From Octopus sinensis (taxonomy: Eukaryota), in the NCBI RefSeq assembly GCF_006345805.1, contig NC_042999.1:86676001-86740000 (forward strand): DNA of 64,000 bases, in the 5' to 3' direction. The translations under genes were made by a program, and so were the position numbers. The notes under the pieces were generated by a model. The model had not been told where the DNA came from. It did no database searches and saw nothing but the letters and a program-made list of their open reading frames with translations. Shown in pieces: positions 50,866-63,880 of the stretch (position 1 is its first letter; each line of letters opens with the position of its first letter).

Positions 50866-50982
50866 GCAGCAGCAGCAGCAGCGACAGCAGCAGTAGCAGC
50901 AACAGCAGCAGCAGTAACAGCAGTAGCAGCCACAGCATTAGCAGCAACAACAGCAGCAGCAGCATTAGCAGCGGCAGCAGCT
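50866..50982. repeat. Imperfect (CAG)n trinucleotide repeat
   Basis: Directly visible. Confidence 0.9.
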
Positions 50983-51853
50983 AAAGAAATAGAAACACTA
51001 GTTTGACGTGGTAGATTTTTGCACTGTGGATTCCCTTTAAGTAGCCAGTGTGTGAGTCTGTTATAACCTTATACAAAACTATGATATGTTTGAGAGCAGA
51101 GTGCCATTAAAATGTTTACTTGGTTTTTTTGTTTTCTGATTCGTTTCGTTATAGTTTCTTCTTTCTCGCCGTCGTTACTGCTAAGGCTGGAAGGAGTTTC
51201 AAACTTACAAAGGGAAAACGTAAACGAGAACTGGAGGGAAAGTGAGAGTGAGAGTTAAACTTATTTTATTCTAAAACCTGACGAAACCTAGAGGCTATGA
51301 TGTCTCTTTAACCTTGAAAAGAATACTGAAGAAGCAGGTAAAAATAAAAAGATCCCTGGTGGTAATTATATCACCATTACCATCATCATTATTATTCTTA
51401 TTATTATTAGTATCATTATCGTCGTCATCATCATTATTTTCGTCGTCATCGTTGTCGTTGTAGTCGTTCTAAAAACATCATTAACAAATGGTTGAATTGG
51501 AAAATATATCATGTGTTTCATGAAACTAGAAGCATAAATATAGCTAGTTCTAAAGTACATGTATACTAAAAAAATAAATTAATAAACAAAAAGTAAACAA
51601 AAAAAGGGGGATATCATCTTCAAACAAGGTAGGAGGTCAAGAACACCAATTCCCTGTAAAAGATGAAGAAAATACTATGGAAGGCAAATTTCGGTGTTGT
51701 TATTTTTATAGGCAGTTTCGCTAAGAAGTATTCCCGAAGTAAAAGTATAGGATAGCTTGGTAAGGGACAAGAGTTCACGTGTAATGATATTTCAAAGTTT
51801 GTGGTGGGATTTGAAGAGCTATAGCCAACATCACCCACACAATCTCTCCCAAT

Positions 51854-51898
<45 letters not shown>

Positions 51899-52132
51899 TC
51901 TATATCTCTCTCCCTCCTCCCCTCTCTCTCTCTCTTCCTCTATATCTCTATCCCTCCTCCCCCTCTCTCTCACTCTCGAACGAGCGAAAGAACGAACGAG
52001 GAAGGCTCTATATGGACAACATATGTAGCCCTAGATACACAAATATACAGGATAGTCGCGGCTGGAACGCGATCACCAATCTGCTCAATCAGGATGAATT
52101 AGATACTGAACATCAACAGTATTCTCCGCCCC

Positions 52133-52176
<44 letters not shown>

Positions 52177-52819
52177 TCTTTCTGTGACACTCACAGACAT
52201 ACTTTCATATGCACGTTTATATTAAATGCGCGAAGACCTTCGTTAAAATCAGTCACCCTAGCTTGGATTAATGAGTCTCTAAAGAAGATTTAAATTGATG
52301 GAGATGATTCGGGAAGACCACTGATGATTCTTCAAGTTTTCAGAAAGATTTGGAATAGATTGTTCTTCGATGTAAAAAAAACAAAAGGCTTGGTTGTTTG
52401 CTTGCTAAATTGCTGCTATATCCACAAAGGTCGACCGGCTACGATGGTCAGGATATGCAGTTAGAATGAAAGCATCGATACTTTCTAGACAAATCGTCTT
52501 CAGTGAATTAACACCCCGGGGTAAGACGGCAAGGATACTCTCTCTGCCATCTAATTTTTTTTTTTTTAAATGCAGCTAAAGCCAACCTGCTGAGTGGGTA
52601 AACCGAAGTCTAGGACCGCTCTAACTGAGGTCACTCTGTGACCAACGGAACTAACACTTGAAACCAAAGAAAAAGAAGAATAGAAGAACCGATGATTTGT
52701 ATATTTTTTTTTAAAACGTTCCGGCAGATTCGAACACAAATATGCTAGTTGCAACTAAATACATTACAGAATAACAATTTCTCTCTTTTACGACGACCTC
52801 GGCTCATTGATACAAAGGA

Positions 52820-52862
52820 TTCTGAGACACCGCTGTTTCGACATGTATCTCATCAGCCAGAA
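52820..52862 (-). ncRNA. Minimal type I hammerhead ribozyme with complete catalytic core
   Basis: UUCUGG-CUGAUGA-GAU acau GUC-GAAA-CA gcgg UG-UC^UCAGAA. Stem I 6 bp, stem II 3 bp with G10.1-C11.1, stem III ACA/UGU, GUC triplet. Predicted cut between 52826 and 52825. Confidence 0.7.
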
Positions 52863-53934
52863 GTGCTCGGACGTTTCAGCTTAAACAAGCCACTGGCTTG
52901 GTTTATAATTTCAGCGAACAAACTGTTTTTCTGATCAGTGCTGATATCTGCAACCGATAAAAAAAAATCGTTATTTACACTGTGCACGGCGAGATGTGAA
53001 ACAATGATTTTCATATTTATTCTAAGTTGCTGTTATGTACATCACAAACAATAACTTCTCCATTTTACGACAACAACGTATTAAATAGAAAAACAGTAAA
53101 ACAGAAAAGAAAAACAAACGCATGCGGAAAACACACAAGATAATACAACAGCAACCACAACCTCTTTTAAATCTTTATTGTAAATTGTATTCTCACTTAT
53201 TTTGCGGTTAGGATTGGCCTCCCAGTCACGGGGCATGAAATACAGTCACCACCGACGATAACGAGCAATAACAGAGTTATCTCCTATTATCTCCCTGTAT
53301 AGTAGTGAGGAAAAAAGAAGTTGTTTTGTGTTACTTGTGTCCAGCTTAAAAGTGTCTTGACTTTAATCTACTTACCAGAACTAGAAAGATAGTCTGGGGT
53401 TATTAAAGGGAAAGATGAATTAGCTCTAGCAATGAGGCTAGGAAGATATGAATATAAAATGTATATAAAATATATTTTAAGATATTGAGCTGTTGAGAAT
53501 CCAGAAAATTCAATATGATATTTGGGATCATAACTATTCGTGTCATATCTAAAATTAATATTTCCTATCATATGTGTGCGCGTGTTTGCGAGCGCGTATT
53601 TATATGTATGTGTGAATGTGTGTCTGAGAGAGTGTGTGTGTATGTGTCTGTGCGTGCGTGCGTGTAAGTGTATGTGTGTGTCTGCGTGTGTTTATTAAAA
53701 CTGAAGCTGAGAGCTTGTCTTGCGATTCAAGTTTCTCGCTACTGCTATCTTCAGGCGAAATGACCGCTGTGGTGTGAAACTCAAATCGCGGGACAAATTC
53801 TCAGCTTCAGTATTAATTGAAAAAACCCCAGATCCTCTACAACATGTATTGAGCACTCCTTTCTCAACATATATATTCTCAGCATATATATTAAGCAATA
53901 TATATGTATTTATATATATATATATATATATAAG

Positions 53935-53935
<1 letters not shown>

Positions 53936-53999
<64 letters not shown>

Positions 54000-54082
54000 A
54001 TTGATAGATAGATATCTGCATGCGTGTGTTTATGTTCTTGTATACGTATGTGTACACAAACACACAGGCACACATATACACA

Positions 54083-54156
<74 letters not shown>
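53936..54156. repeat. (GATA)n and (CA)n microsatellites
   Basis: Directly visible. Confidence 0.95.
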
Positions 54157-54158
<2 letters not shown>

Positions 54159-54323
54159 ATTTCAGTTAGGTTATTTATCTCGTATTGCATGAACCCAATA
54201 CTCTCTGAAATGTGTGCAGACGATTAAATAGTTCTAAGTATATTTTATGACGCAGGACTATTTATCCAACTTCTTTTCAGTGTTCAAGGTTTAAACACTG
54301 AAATGTTAGATTTACGGGAGCAC

Positions 54324-54408
<85 letters not shown>

Positions 54409-54835
54409 ATGTCTATCTGCTTTTAGGTCTAGCTTAACCACGCGACAAATAGTTACTACTAACATAGTACTGAGCTCAATATGTTTGACTAAATCCCTTA
54501 AAGATGGTATTCCCGCTTCAAGGATGAAAGAACTAAAAGACAAATGGTGCCGAGAAGTTCTGGTGTAGACTGCTACCTAAGTGACATATTGTTCTTATAT
54601 TTTCACTGGTTTCAGTCATTGGCGTGCAGCTATGCTGTGGTTCCGCCTACTGTGGTTTAAGACGAATAATTATGTTAACTCTAGTTCTTAATCTGGCAAT
54701 TTTCTATAAGATCTGTGATTATAGAATGGCTCTACCTGGTTTTATTTGTAGAAGGAACTAAACGCACTACTGAAATACTACAAGATAGTTTTTGTTCAGT
54801 ATATGAATGGTTCACACACAAACATACACACAGAC

Positions 54836-54868
<33 letters not shown>

Positions 54869-54873
54869 TATAT

Positions 54874-54932
<59 letters not shown>

Positions 54933-54998
54933 TGTGAGATGAATTCGTTAGTTTTTTGTTCCGTTTATTTTCCACTAACACATTTATTTTTTCCAGTT

Positions 54999-55378
54999 AC
55001 TCTTTTATTTGTTTCACTCATTTGACCGCGGCCATGCTGGAGCACCGCCTTTAGTCGAACAAATCGACACCAGGACTTATTCTTTGTAAGCCTAGTGCTT
55101 ATTCTATCTGTCTCTTTTGCCGAACCGCTAAGTTACGGGGACGTAAACACACCAGCATCGATTGTCAAGCGATGCTGGGGAGACAAACACAGACACACAA
55201 ACATATACACACACATACATACATATATATACGACGGGCTTCTTTCAGTTTCCGTCTACCAAATCCACTCACAAGGCTTTGATCGGCCTGAGGCTATAGT
55301 AAAAGACACTTGCTCCAGATGCCACGCAGTGGGACTAAACCCAGAACCATGTGGTTGGTAAGCAAGCTACTTACCACA
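54999..55378 (-). mobile_element. SINE family A, full length
   Basis: All family A blocks are present in order; the reverse complement head has GTGGTAAGTAGCTTGCTTACCAACCACATGGTTCTGGGTTTAGTCCC. Confidence 0.9.
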
Positions 55379-56629
55379 AGCTACTTACAACACAGTCACT
55401 CCAGCAGTTGTTATTTATTTATTTATTTATTTATTTATATATTTCAAAACATTTCAGAAGCAATAAACAAAAGTTGTAGAGAAAGAAGTGAGCTACAGAA
55501 GAGTTTTCGTATTAATTCAGAAAACATTGGAAAGAAGCGAATTTATACGACAGCCCAAAACGCACGCACGCACACGACGGATCTTCGCACAACTTTCGCG
55601 TATACACAACTCACAGGGCATTGGTGAACACTAGAGATATAGCAGAAGATGCTTGTCTAACGTGATTGGGAAGAGAAATTTTTAACCATGCGGCCATATC
55701 TGAACCCGCTAAACCAAACGGCCATTTTGTTAAAACTGTGTTTATTTTCTTTCATTTCTTTAATAATTTAATTGGAAAATGTTTGCATTTAATTTTATTC
55801 TTTCTAATCAGTCACTCTTTCATCTCCTTCAACTTCGTTTGTATAATAAAGCCAATTTTTTTGACATATTAGATTCCAAGGAAAGAAAAACTTTGCTGCT
55901 GTTAAATATGAAGAATATAAACAAGAGAGTAGAGCTAAAGAGATGTAAGTTTTGATCATCGTTCACAGACAGGCTCAGCAGGAATTGGACTAATACGCCT
56001 ACTCAAACACGACTGGAGCCACTGTGAATGTTTCCTGTAGACGAGTTGAAAATATTTTAGAAACAGATTTTCAAATTCAGTTGTTGATTTAAGATTTTTA
56101 TATTTGTGTAAATCCTTTTTGACTTATTTTGTATAAGGTCTCTGGTTTCTTTTTTGTACTGAGTTTGAAGGGTGTATGCAAAAATATTCAGAAGTAGTAA
56201 TATGCGTGTGTTTGTGAGTGTGTGTGTGTACGAGTGTGTGTGTGATGTAAACATATATATGTGTATATGTATATATGTGCGTGTATGTATATTTGTATGT
56301 AGATGTAAATATATTTATGTATGTGTATGTGTGTATATACATGTATATATATATCTATTTATGTATATAAATGTCACATTAATATCAAAATATATTATAC
56401 ACATCTTGCATATGTAGTATATTGGTGGTATTTGTTTTAACGATGAAAGGCAAAGTCAATTAAGATTTGACCTTAGAAAATAAATGGACTGGACCCGCCA
56501 TTTACGAAGTGAGTTTTATTTTGTAAAAAAAAAATGTTCACCATTTTCAAAATAACATGTACGCTTTCTCTAATTGCTGTAGATGCTTATATAATCGTGA
56601 GCAGACATAAACACTGTCTTGCTTTTCTC

Positions 56630-56830
56630 ACCCTTGACACAATGGATCTTGAAGGATGTGACAGCTGGAGGCTGAGTCACCATTCGGTTGCTGCTCAGTT
56701 CAACTGGCTAGGCTAAAGCAACATGAAATAAAGGGCTTTGCTTAAAGACAAAGTGCGCTGCCGTGCTCAGGAACTGAATCTGTGATCTTGTGGTTATGAA
56801 GCCTACAGCCTAATCATTAGACTACGCATC
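56630..56830 (-). mobile_element. Degenerate SINE related to family C
   Basis: GCTAAAGCAACATGAAATAAAG.G.TTTGCT.AAG block, matching the arrangement at 23570-23690. Confidence 0.5.
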
Positions 56831-57228
56831 ATCACGTTTCCTTCAACGTTTTATTAAAATTAGTCTTGCTGGGATTGTCCGTAAAATACAGATATGGACT
56901 GCATAAATTGGGGGAAAATCATACAAGGATTCCGCGACAAAATAAATCTGAGAGCCGCTGGATCAGACTAAATAATTTGCGGCACAGAAACAAAGCGATA
57001 CATTTTGAGGAGGGTACAGTTAGTTATATGTACCTGATAGTTGACAGATATTTCTATCGAGCCTCTAAAGGAAGAAAGGTAATGTTGATCTCAACGGAAT
57101 TTGAACTCAGAATGTAAAAGATTGTATCTAACCACCAAAGGCAGTTTGTCCTGCAGTTCTTCCCTAGACTACTTATGGCTAGGTACTTATTTTAGTGCAA
57201 TATTGATTCTCTCAATTTCCTAACGTTA

Positions 57229-57759
57229 TCTATATATATAAAACTCTAGTTGTGTGAGTGTCTGTCCCCTTCGATTTAGATTCCTAACTCCTCCCACATT
57301 TTGCGGTGCAGTTTAACCAAATTCGGGTATCTTATAGTCGTGATTCATATCGAGCCCGTCTGACTATTAGCGCGCGTCAACGATGAGTCTACGATTTTAA
57401 AAATAATTTAACATCATTTTTTATTCCATTTTAATGCATAAAATGCATCGTGTGTCGATAGCGGCGGAGTTGGCGTCCACGCTCACAGCTGCACCTGTTT
57501 GCTTCTCCCCCTTCCCTCCCTCGTGAAGCTGTGGGGAAGGGAGTGTAAAGAAATCAACGTCGTAATGCGTTGTTAAGGAAACCAGCGTTCTTTTAGAACA
57601 ACGACTTCATGGCTTGAAGACACTGAGTCAACGATTTAAAAAAAAAATTATCATCATTTTTTATTCCATTTTTAATGCATTTTTTTGCTATAACTCTCTA
57701 AAAATGCTTATATAGTTATTTCCCTTACAAACCCGAGCAACGCCGGGCAATACTGCTAG
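57229..57759 (+). mobile_element. Non-autonomous Helitron, chimeric variant
   Basis: A|TC ... hairpin CCCGAGCAACGCCGGG (57732-57747) CAATACTG-CTAG|T. 57229-57623 matches the reverse complement of 49173-49567 at 393/395 by eye. Confidence 0.92.
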
Positions 57760-57785
57760 TTTATTATAAAAAATGATAATAATAA

Positions 57786-58330
57786 CTAGCGCATTACCTT
57801 TTTTTAAATAATGGGATTTAACTGATTACAGAGAAAACCATGTGAACCTAAATTATAGTATTAAAATGTTTCACGTAATAATTATTTTATTGCCACACTC
57901 ATTGTAAATACACTTGATATTTATGGGCTTCTATATGTATTTTCAAGCTAGACCAATTCTTTCTTGTACTCAGAACAGCACACAGCCTGTTAATGGCCGA
58001 AAGTAGGCAGCAGCAGGAACAAAATGACGTTATTAAAAGATTGGCCCCGTAATTTGCTTATCGTCACTCCAAGACGAATGCCTGGAAAATCTTTCCGTTT
58101 TATTAAGATTGGTAAAATTCTGTTCCCGTTTGTATCTTTATTCGCAAAGGAAAACAAAATTAGAATTTGTGGTTGAAGCAACTTAAATAATGTAAACATT
58201 ATCAATATGACATACTCGTAAGTATGGGCATTGTTAAACGTTGTGAAACTACGGTACCTCGTCCTTGGAGACTCCTTTAATAAAAACACAGCATACTTCA
58301 AAACTAAGCGAAACAAAATCTCTTATGAGA
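57786..58330 (-). mobile_element. Helitron PIF1-type helicase C-terminal remnant
   Basis: ILIKRKDFP...VTISKLRGQSFNNVILFLLLPTFGH*Q, then (frameshift) CAVLSTRKNWSSLKIHIE, compared with KR.QFP...AMTINKSQGQS...V...L..P.F.HGQLYVALSR. Possible terminal CTAG at 57786-57789. Confidence 0.7.
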
Positions 58331-58733
58331 GTGACAGATATCGATACCTCGCGTTCGTTTCCGTTCTTCAGTGCTACACACTCATGCACCTTCTAAACGA
58401 TCGGTCTCGGCCATCTTTGAGGTATGTATATAGGCAGTGTAAATGCTAAGTATATTGTATTGATACTGTTTACATTATTTAAGCTGCTTCAAACACAAAT
58501 TCAAATTTTGTTTTCTTTGTGCGACGCATTTGCACATGAGCAAATAGCTTTTGTGCTCCTATGAACATTTTCTGTATAATATATTAAAGAATACCCTGCA
58601 GTTACATTTTGAATTCTGTAACTTATTGCTTGTTGGAGAATCAAAATTAATATGTGTGTGTGTATATACATATGTATGTGTATCTGTGTGCGTGTGCATG
58701 TATTTGTATTTATATATCAATATGTGTGTTTGG

Positions 58734-58768
<35 letters not shown>

Positions 58769-58914
58769 GAAAGAGAAAGAGGGAGATGGGGAGAGATTAG
58801 ATTACATCTGAGAAAACTGGGGCTAAAACATACGAGCATAATACGAAGAGAAGACTAAATAAAATTTGGTTTTTTATTTGTAATTATTGGACTTTAGATA
58901 TGGTGGGGCAACCA

Positions 58915-59010
58915 ACTTGAAGGATTTAGTCGAGCAAATCGACACCAGGACTTTTTTTAAATTTAGCATTTTCTTTTGCCGAACTGTTGTCAAACAGTGG
59001 TGAGGGATAA
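58915..59010 (-). mobile_element. SINE family A, 3' fragment
   Basis: TTTAGTCGAGCAAATCGACACCAGGACTT...TTTTGCCGAAC. Confidence 0.65.
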
Positions 59011-59076
59011 ACACAAACATACATACATTCATACGTACATAGACACACACTCGTGTGTGTGAGAGAGAGAGATAGA

Positions 59077-59125
<49 letters not shown>

Positions 59126-59397
59126 TGTGTGTGTGTGTGTGTTGTGTGTGTGTGTGTGTGTGTGTGTGTGAGTGAGAGAGAGGGAGAGAGAGTGTGTGGT
59201 GTGTGTGTGTGTGTGTGTGTTGGTGTATCTCAGGCAACCTGTTTAGACTATAGTAAGATAATAGGGTTAAGAAGGTAAAAGAGAAGAGTAAAATAAAATA
59301 AATTAAAATAAAACAAGATAAATACAATAAAAAGTAGTAGTAGAGTACAAGAATGTACTTTCTTGGTGAAAGGGCGAAAAATAAGGATTAAGAAAGT

Positions 59398-59550
59398 CTG
59401 ATGTTTCCGTCTACTAAATTCACTCACAAGACCTTGGTCGTGTCAGTACACGGGTCGAAGATATTTGCCCAAAATGTCGCGCAGTGGGATTGAACCAGAA
59501 ACCACATGGTTACAAAGCGAGCTTTTTATAACTACACAGCCATACCTGCG
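59398..59550 (-). mobile_element. SINE family A, 5' half
   Basis: GTTTCCGTCTACTAAATTCACTCACAAG...GCAGTGGGATTGAACC...ACACAGCCATACCTGCG. Confidence 0.8.
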
Positions 59551-60125
59551 ACTATATATAAATAAGTACCCTTCAAACTACAAATGTTTTCCTCTTGAAT
59601 TAACTTTTTTTTCTCACACACACGTGTGTATGTGTGTATGTGACTGTTTTTAATTTGTGCTTAAACTTGCATCATTGCAAGTTTTATATATTACACGAAT
59701 TAAAAAACTAAACAGGATCATAGAACACAACCAAACATATTTAACAATTATGCTACAGGCATTCTTACTAATTTTATCTCAAGTTTAATCCTACGAGTCT
59801 GTGGCATGTCGTCTTCAAATTGAGGAAGACAGCTGCAATAGGATAAAGGTATCTTAACAACACATGACATAGATTTACAGGATTATAATCGAAATAAAAT
59901 TTCACAAAATTTGTTACAGTGCATTAGCATAAACACTTAATGCACTAGAAGGACAATGACCACGAGGTGTGTGACTTAGCGCATGATTCTCTCTCGTTCG
60001 CTTTCTCTTTCTTTCTCGTTATTGCATCTGTCTCTCAATGTGCACGCACACATTATTCATGTCTGTAAATGTTTGTGCATATATACATGCAGGATGTATA
60101 TGCATTGTTGCTGAAATGTGAATGC

Positions 60126-60202
<77 letters not shown>

Positions 60203-60472
60203 GTGTGTGTGTGTGTGTGTGAGTGTGTGTGTGTGTGTGTGTCTGTTTGTGTGTATGTATACATTATGTATATATATATGTGCATATGCATGCCTTGGGG
60301 TTGAGTGTGTTTATACACACATAAATGTATTCCTGCTGAGCTTGTCTGTTTATACACACATAAATGTATGTATATATAAACACGCGAGCGTGCACACATA
60401 AATATACCTACCTACCTACCTACCTACCTACCTACATATCCACCTACCTACCTACATACATACATACATACA

Positions 60473-60505
<33 letters not shown>

Positions 60506-60638
60506 TTGGAAATGTTTTAACTGAGGAAGGTCTTACGTAATGGATGCATTTCGTATTATATATTACACAGACTTGAAACGTACGTATTAAATGATTTCAA
60601 AATATCATTTCATTTGACTGCATTATTACACACACACG

Positions 60639-60689
<51 letters not shown>

Positions 60690-60789
60690 GCACACGTGCA
60701 CGCACACACATGTGCAAAATGTTTACCTCCCCTCTTTTTTAGTTTTAAAAATGGAAGATATCAAATACTACTTTGCTGTAGGTTTAGAC

Positions 60790-60935
60790 CAAGTATGGGC
60801 ACCCTTTCTGTACGAGCGGATCGAATGATACACCGCTCATTACCAGGCAGGCCGCACTGCTAAAATCATTTTAAGATAAATTTTCGTTGGCGTGCCAATC
60901 AGTAAGTCCTACTGGCCGCATGTTGCTTATGCTTG
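60790..60935. mobile_element. hAT MITE, 146 bp
   Basis: Flanking 8-bp repeats GTTTAGAC / GTTTATAC (7/8); degenerate TIRs CAAGTATGGGCA / TGCTTATGCTTG. Confidence 0.65.
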
Positions 60936-61079
60936 GTTTATACACAAGCAAATGAATTATTATTATTATTATTTTAATGGCTTTCTCATTTGCAATAACG
61001 TCCAGGATGTAATACGAAAAATTTTCAAAAATTGCTCATTTTGGTGCTGTTGGCGAAATCAAATATGTGAAAGTAGCTT

Positions 61080-61181
61080 TTAAACACACACACACACATC
61101 TTAACTTATACCTTTTTGATGTATACCTGTATATTTGTATGTATGTATGTATGTATGTATGTATGTATGTATGTATGTATG

Positions 61182-61224
<43 letters not shown>

Positions 61225-61350
61225 GTGCGTGTGTATGTGTGTATGTATGTATGTATGTATATATATATATATATACGTATCTATATACATACATACATAC
61301 CTACCTACATACATACATACATACATACATACACACATACACACGCACAC

Positions 61351-61430
<80 letters not shown>
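61080..61430. repeat. Compound (CA)/(TATG)/(TG)/(TA) microsatellite
   Basis: Directly visible. Confidence 0.95.
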
Positions 61431-61431
<1 letters not shown>

Positions 61432-61432
<1 letters not shown>

Positions 61433-62655
61433 TAGGTTGTCACACATGAAATGTATTTGAAAGATAACAATAAAATGTTTCAGGAGTGTTAGAGAACTGA
61501 TTTATTTAATCAAAATATGATCCATGTTCATTTATGACGTTTACCCAACGTTTCCCTAAGTCATATATTCCATCTTTAAAAAAAGTTTCATCTTTTGCTG
61601 TGATAAACTGTCCGAATGCTTCAATTACCTATTCTCTATTTAAGAATGTTTTATTGCATATGGAAAGCTCAAAATGCTTAAATAAGTGATAATCAGTAGA
61701 TATCAGGGGAATAGGGAGGATGTTGTAAAATCTCATAATTCAGGCTGTGAGACTTTTGGACCATATTTTGAGAAGTGTGGGGACGTGCATTGTCGTGGAG
61801 CAAAATTGGGTCATCTCTATTCACTAGTCTGGGTTGCTACTTTTTAAAATTCTTATGCATACAATCAATTTCCTGGCAATACGATGTTGCTGTCACCGTT
61901 TTTCCTTGTTGCAAAAGTGAATAGGAAATAAAACCCCTTCGCAGATCACCATACAATTACCACTAACATTTTAGGGTGCACTGGTGGTCTTGGGTAGTTT
62001 TTAGGTAGCTCTCTTGCATCTAGTCACTGTCTTGTTCTCCTGCTGTTGTCAAAGAGCATCCATTTCTCATCACATGTAATGATTCGATGCAAAAATGGTT
62101 CTTTTTCCAGTCGAGAAAGCAATAAGAAGCACACTTCGAGGCAGATGTTTTTGTTTTTTTGTTTTAAATCTCGTTCAGTTGATGTGGAACAAACCTATCA
62201 CTTTTCTTGACTTTTCCAATTTTTTTCAAGTGTCAAGAAACAGTTGTGCGAGATGTCTGGAATTCTGATGAAAGTTTTCGGACCGTTGTTCTCGGATTTT
62301 GTTCAACCAAAGCATTTATTCCATCATGCCGAATAACTGATTTTTGCCTCCTCCTTGCTTCATTTTGGAGGCTATCATCTCCTGGACGAGATCTTTGGAA
62401 CCATCTCTGAACAGTTCTGATATTCCGTAGAGCTTCTGCGACAGAGTGACCAAGTTTATACTCATAGAAGAAATTTGCTCAACATTGTTTGGCTGTTATC
62501 ATTTTCATAAGGTTTGTGAGTACGCATTTTTTATACCAATAATATCTGGAAAGAAAAAGAGTCAAGATTAAATGCAAGTGTATACATAATTGAGATTTTA
62601 AATGACTGAAATAATATGTAATTAAAAATGCGAAATTCCATGTGTGACAACCTAA
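61432..62655 (-). mobile_element. Full-length decayed mariner transposon (1224 bp, DD34D-type transposase pseudogene)
   Basis: TIRs TTAGGTTGTCACACATG(A/G)AAT and TA TSD on both sides. Minus strand from ATG at 62508: FFYEYKLGHSVAEALRNI..TVQRWFQR; FVPHQL; FLHRIITCDEKWMLFDN; LHDNARPH; LQHPPYSPD..TDYHLFKH. Multiple stops and frameshifts. Confidence 0.95.
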
Positions 62656-62679
62656 TATATATATATATATAAATATGAA

Positions 62680-62890
62680 TGTGTGTGTGTTTATGTTTTT
62701 GTGTTTGTATACCCACCATCGCTTGACAACCAATGTTGGAGTGTTTTCGTCCCCGTAACTTAACGGTTCGGCAAAAGACACCGATAGAAAAAGTACTAGG
62801 CTTACAAAGAATAAGTCCTGCAGTCGATTTGTTCGACTAATGGCGGTGCTCCAGCATGGGTACAGTCAAATGACTGAAACAAATAAAAGA
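62680..62890 (+). mobile_element. SINE family A, 3' half
   Basis: ACCATCGCTTGACAACC...CCCCGTAACTTAACGGTTCGGCAAAAGACACCG...GCGGTGCTCCAGCATGG..ATGACTGAAAC. Confidence 0.85.
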
Positions 62891-63162
62891 ATATATATAT
62901 AAATTTAATCACCACATCAAGGTGGTTGTTACTAGTAGTTTAACCCCAGGTAGATGTTCCACCGGCTGGTTATCGATGCAGCCTGCACCTTGTACATACA
63001 TATATATATAATACTAGCAGGGGAGCAAACCTCTACCATCCTCTAGTAGACTACAGGATCGCGGGACAGACTCAGTTTCGAGCCGGTTGGCTCGTTGTCG
63101 GTCGCGATCACCTGGTCGCCAAAGATACATACATACATACATACATACATACATACATACAT

Positions 63163-63205
<43 letters not shown>

Positions 63206-63295
63206 TACACGCACACGCACGCAGACACACATACAAGCATACATACATACATACATACGTACGTACGTACGTGCTCACACGCGCATGCGCGATTT

Positions 63296-63880
63296 AGAGA
63301 CCATCTTGCTGGGAAAATGGTAGTGATACAATGTAAGCTTGACCAGTCTGTGTGGCATGTATCTATTGGCAGTTTGCCAGATCCATCCGCCTCAGAACTA
63401 CTAAATGACCTCTATTCACATTGGTTTCTCTGCTGAGCTGCGTAGCCAAACCAGTATGCTCCAAGCAACCAAGGACACCAGCGATACACTTTTCTGCACA
63501 GACAAGTTAATATTGCTATTGTTAAGGTCGAACTCAGCCACTTTTCGGAAAAAGGATACTGAAAAACATTTTTTTTTTCAACGCTCAGCAACACTCTTTA
63601 GAGATCCATACTTCTTCAGTACAGCTTCCCTGATCAGCAACTCTCTCCCTTCGCCACATCACCTTCAAGATCTAAAGGCGTTTGAGGATCACCGGGCGAC
63701 GTTTATACACTGAACAATGTACATCACTGTGACCAAGAGCAGAGACTAAGCGTGCTTCCTTTGATGACCTTCACCCTACTTCAGACTTGCCAATGGAACT
63801 GAGCTGATGAGAGCCTTATTGAATTCAAGTTCTTTTTCTCTTGTCGGATCCCTTAGAGTAGTCCTTCTCAAACATTTTTT
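63296..63880 (-). mobile_element. HERO-like (RLE clade) non-LTR retrotransposon RT fragment, decayed
   Basis: Minus-strand LRDPTREKELEFNKALI; SALGHSD...VYKRRPVILKRL; VMWRRERVADQ...EEVWISKE; LLSVEKKMFFSIL; VQK..AGVLGCLEHTGLATQLSRE..NRGHLVVL..DLAN; PHRLVKLTL..YHFPSK. This matches HERO VQKGGIPG.PGCLEHTG...WLDLANAYGS.PH. Confidence 0.85.

Noticed and set aside
50841-51006. Poly-Ala/poly-Gln exon from the (CAG)n tract
   Set aside because: The Gln frame has stops, the Ala frame has no start or splice support, and the region is full of other simple repeats.
51757-52293. Longest ORF in the window (178 aa)
   Set aside because: It is held open by two (CT)n tracts; the unique middle part has no motif I recognise and no convincing splice context.
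52470-52503. Minus-strand CTGAAGA...GAAA with near-palindromic stem III
   Set aside because: Stem II is out of register by two nucleotides, H17 is U and there is no stem I.
60308-60369. 23-bp direct repeat around a 16-bp spacer
   Set aside because: Only two low-complexity copies; this is a local duplication, not an array or a CRISPR.
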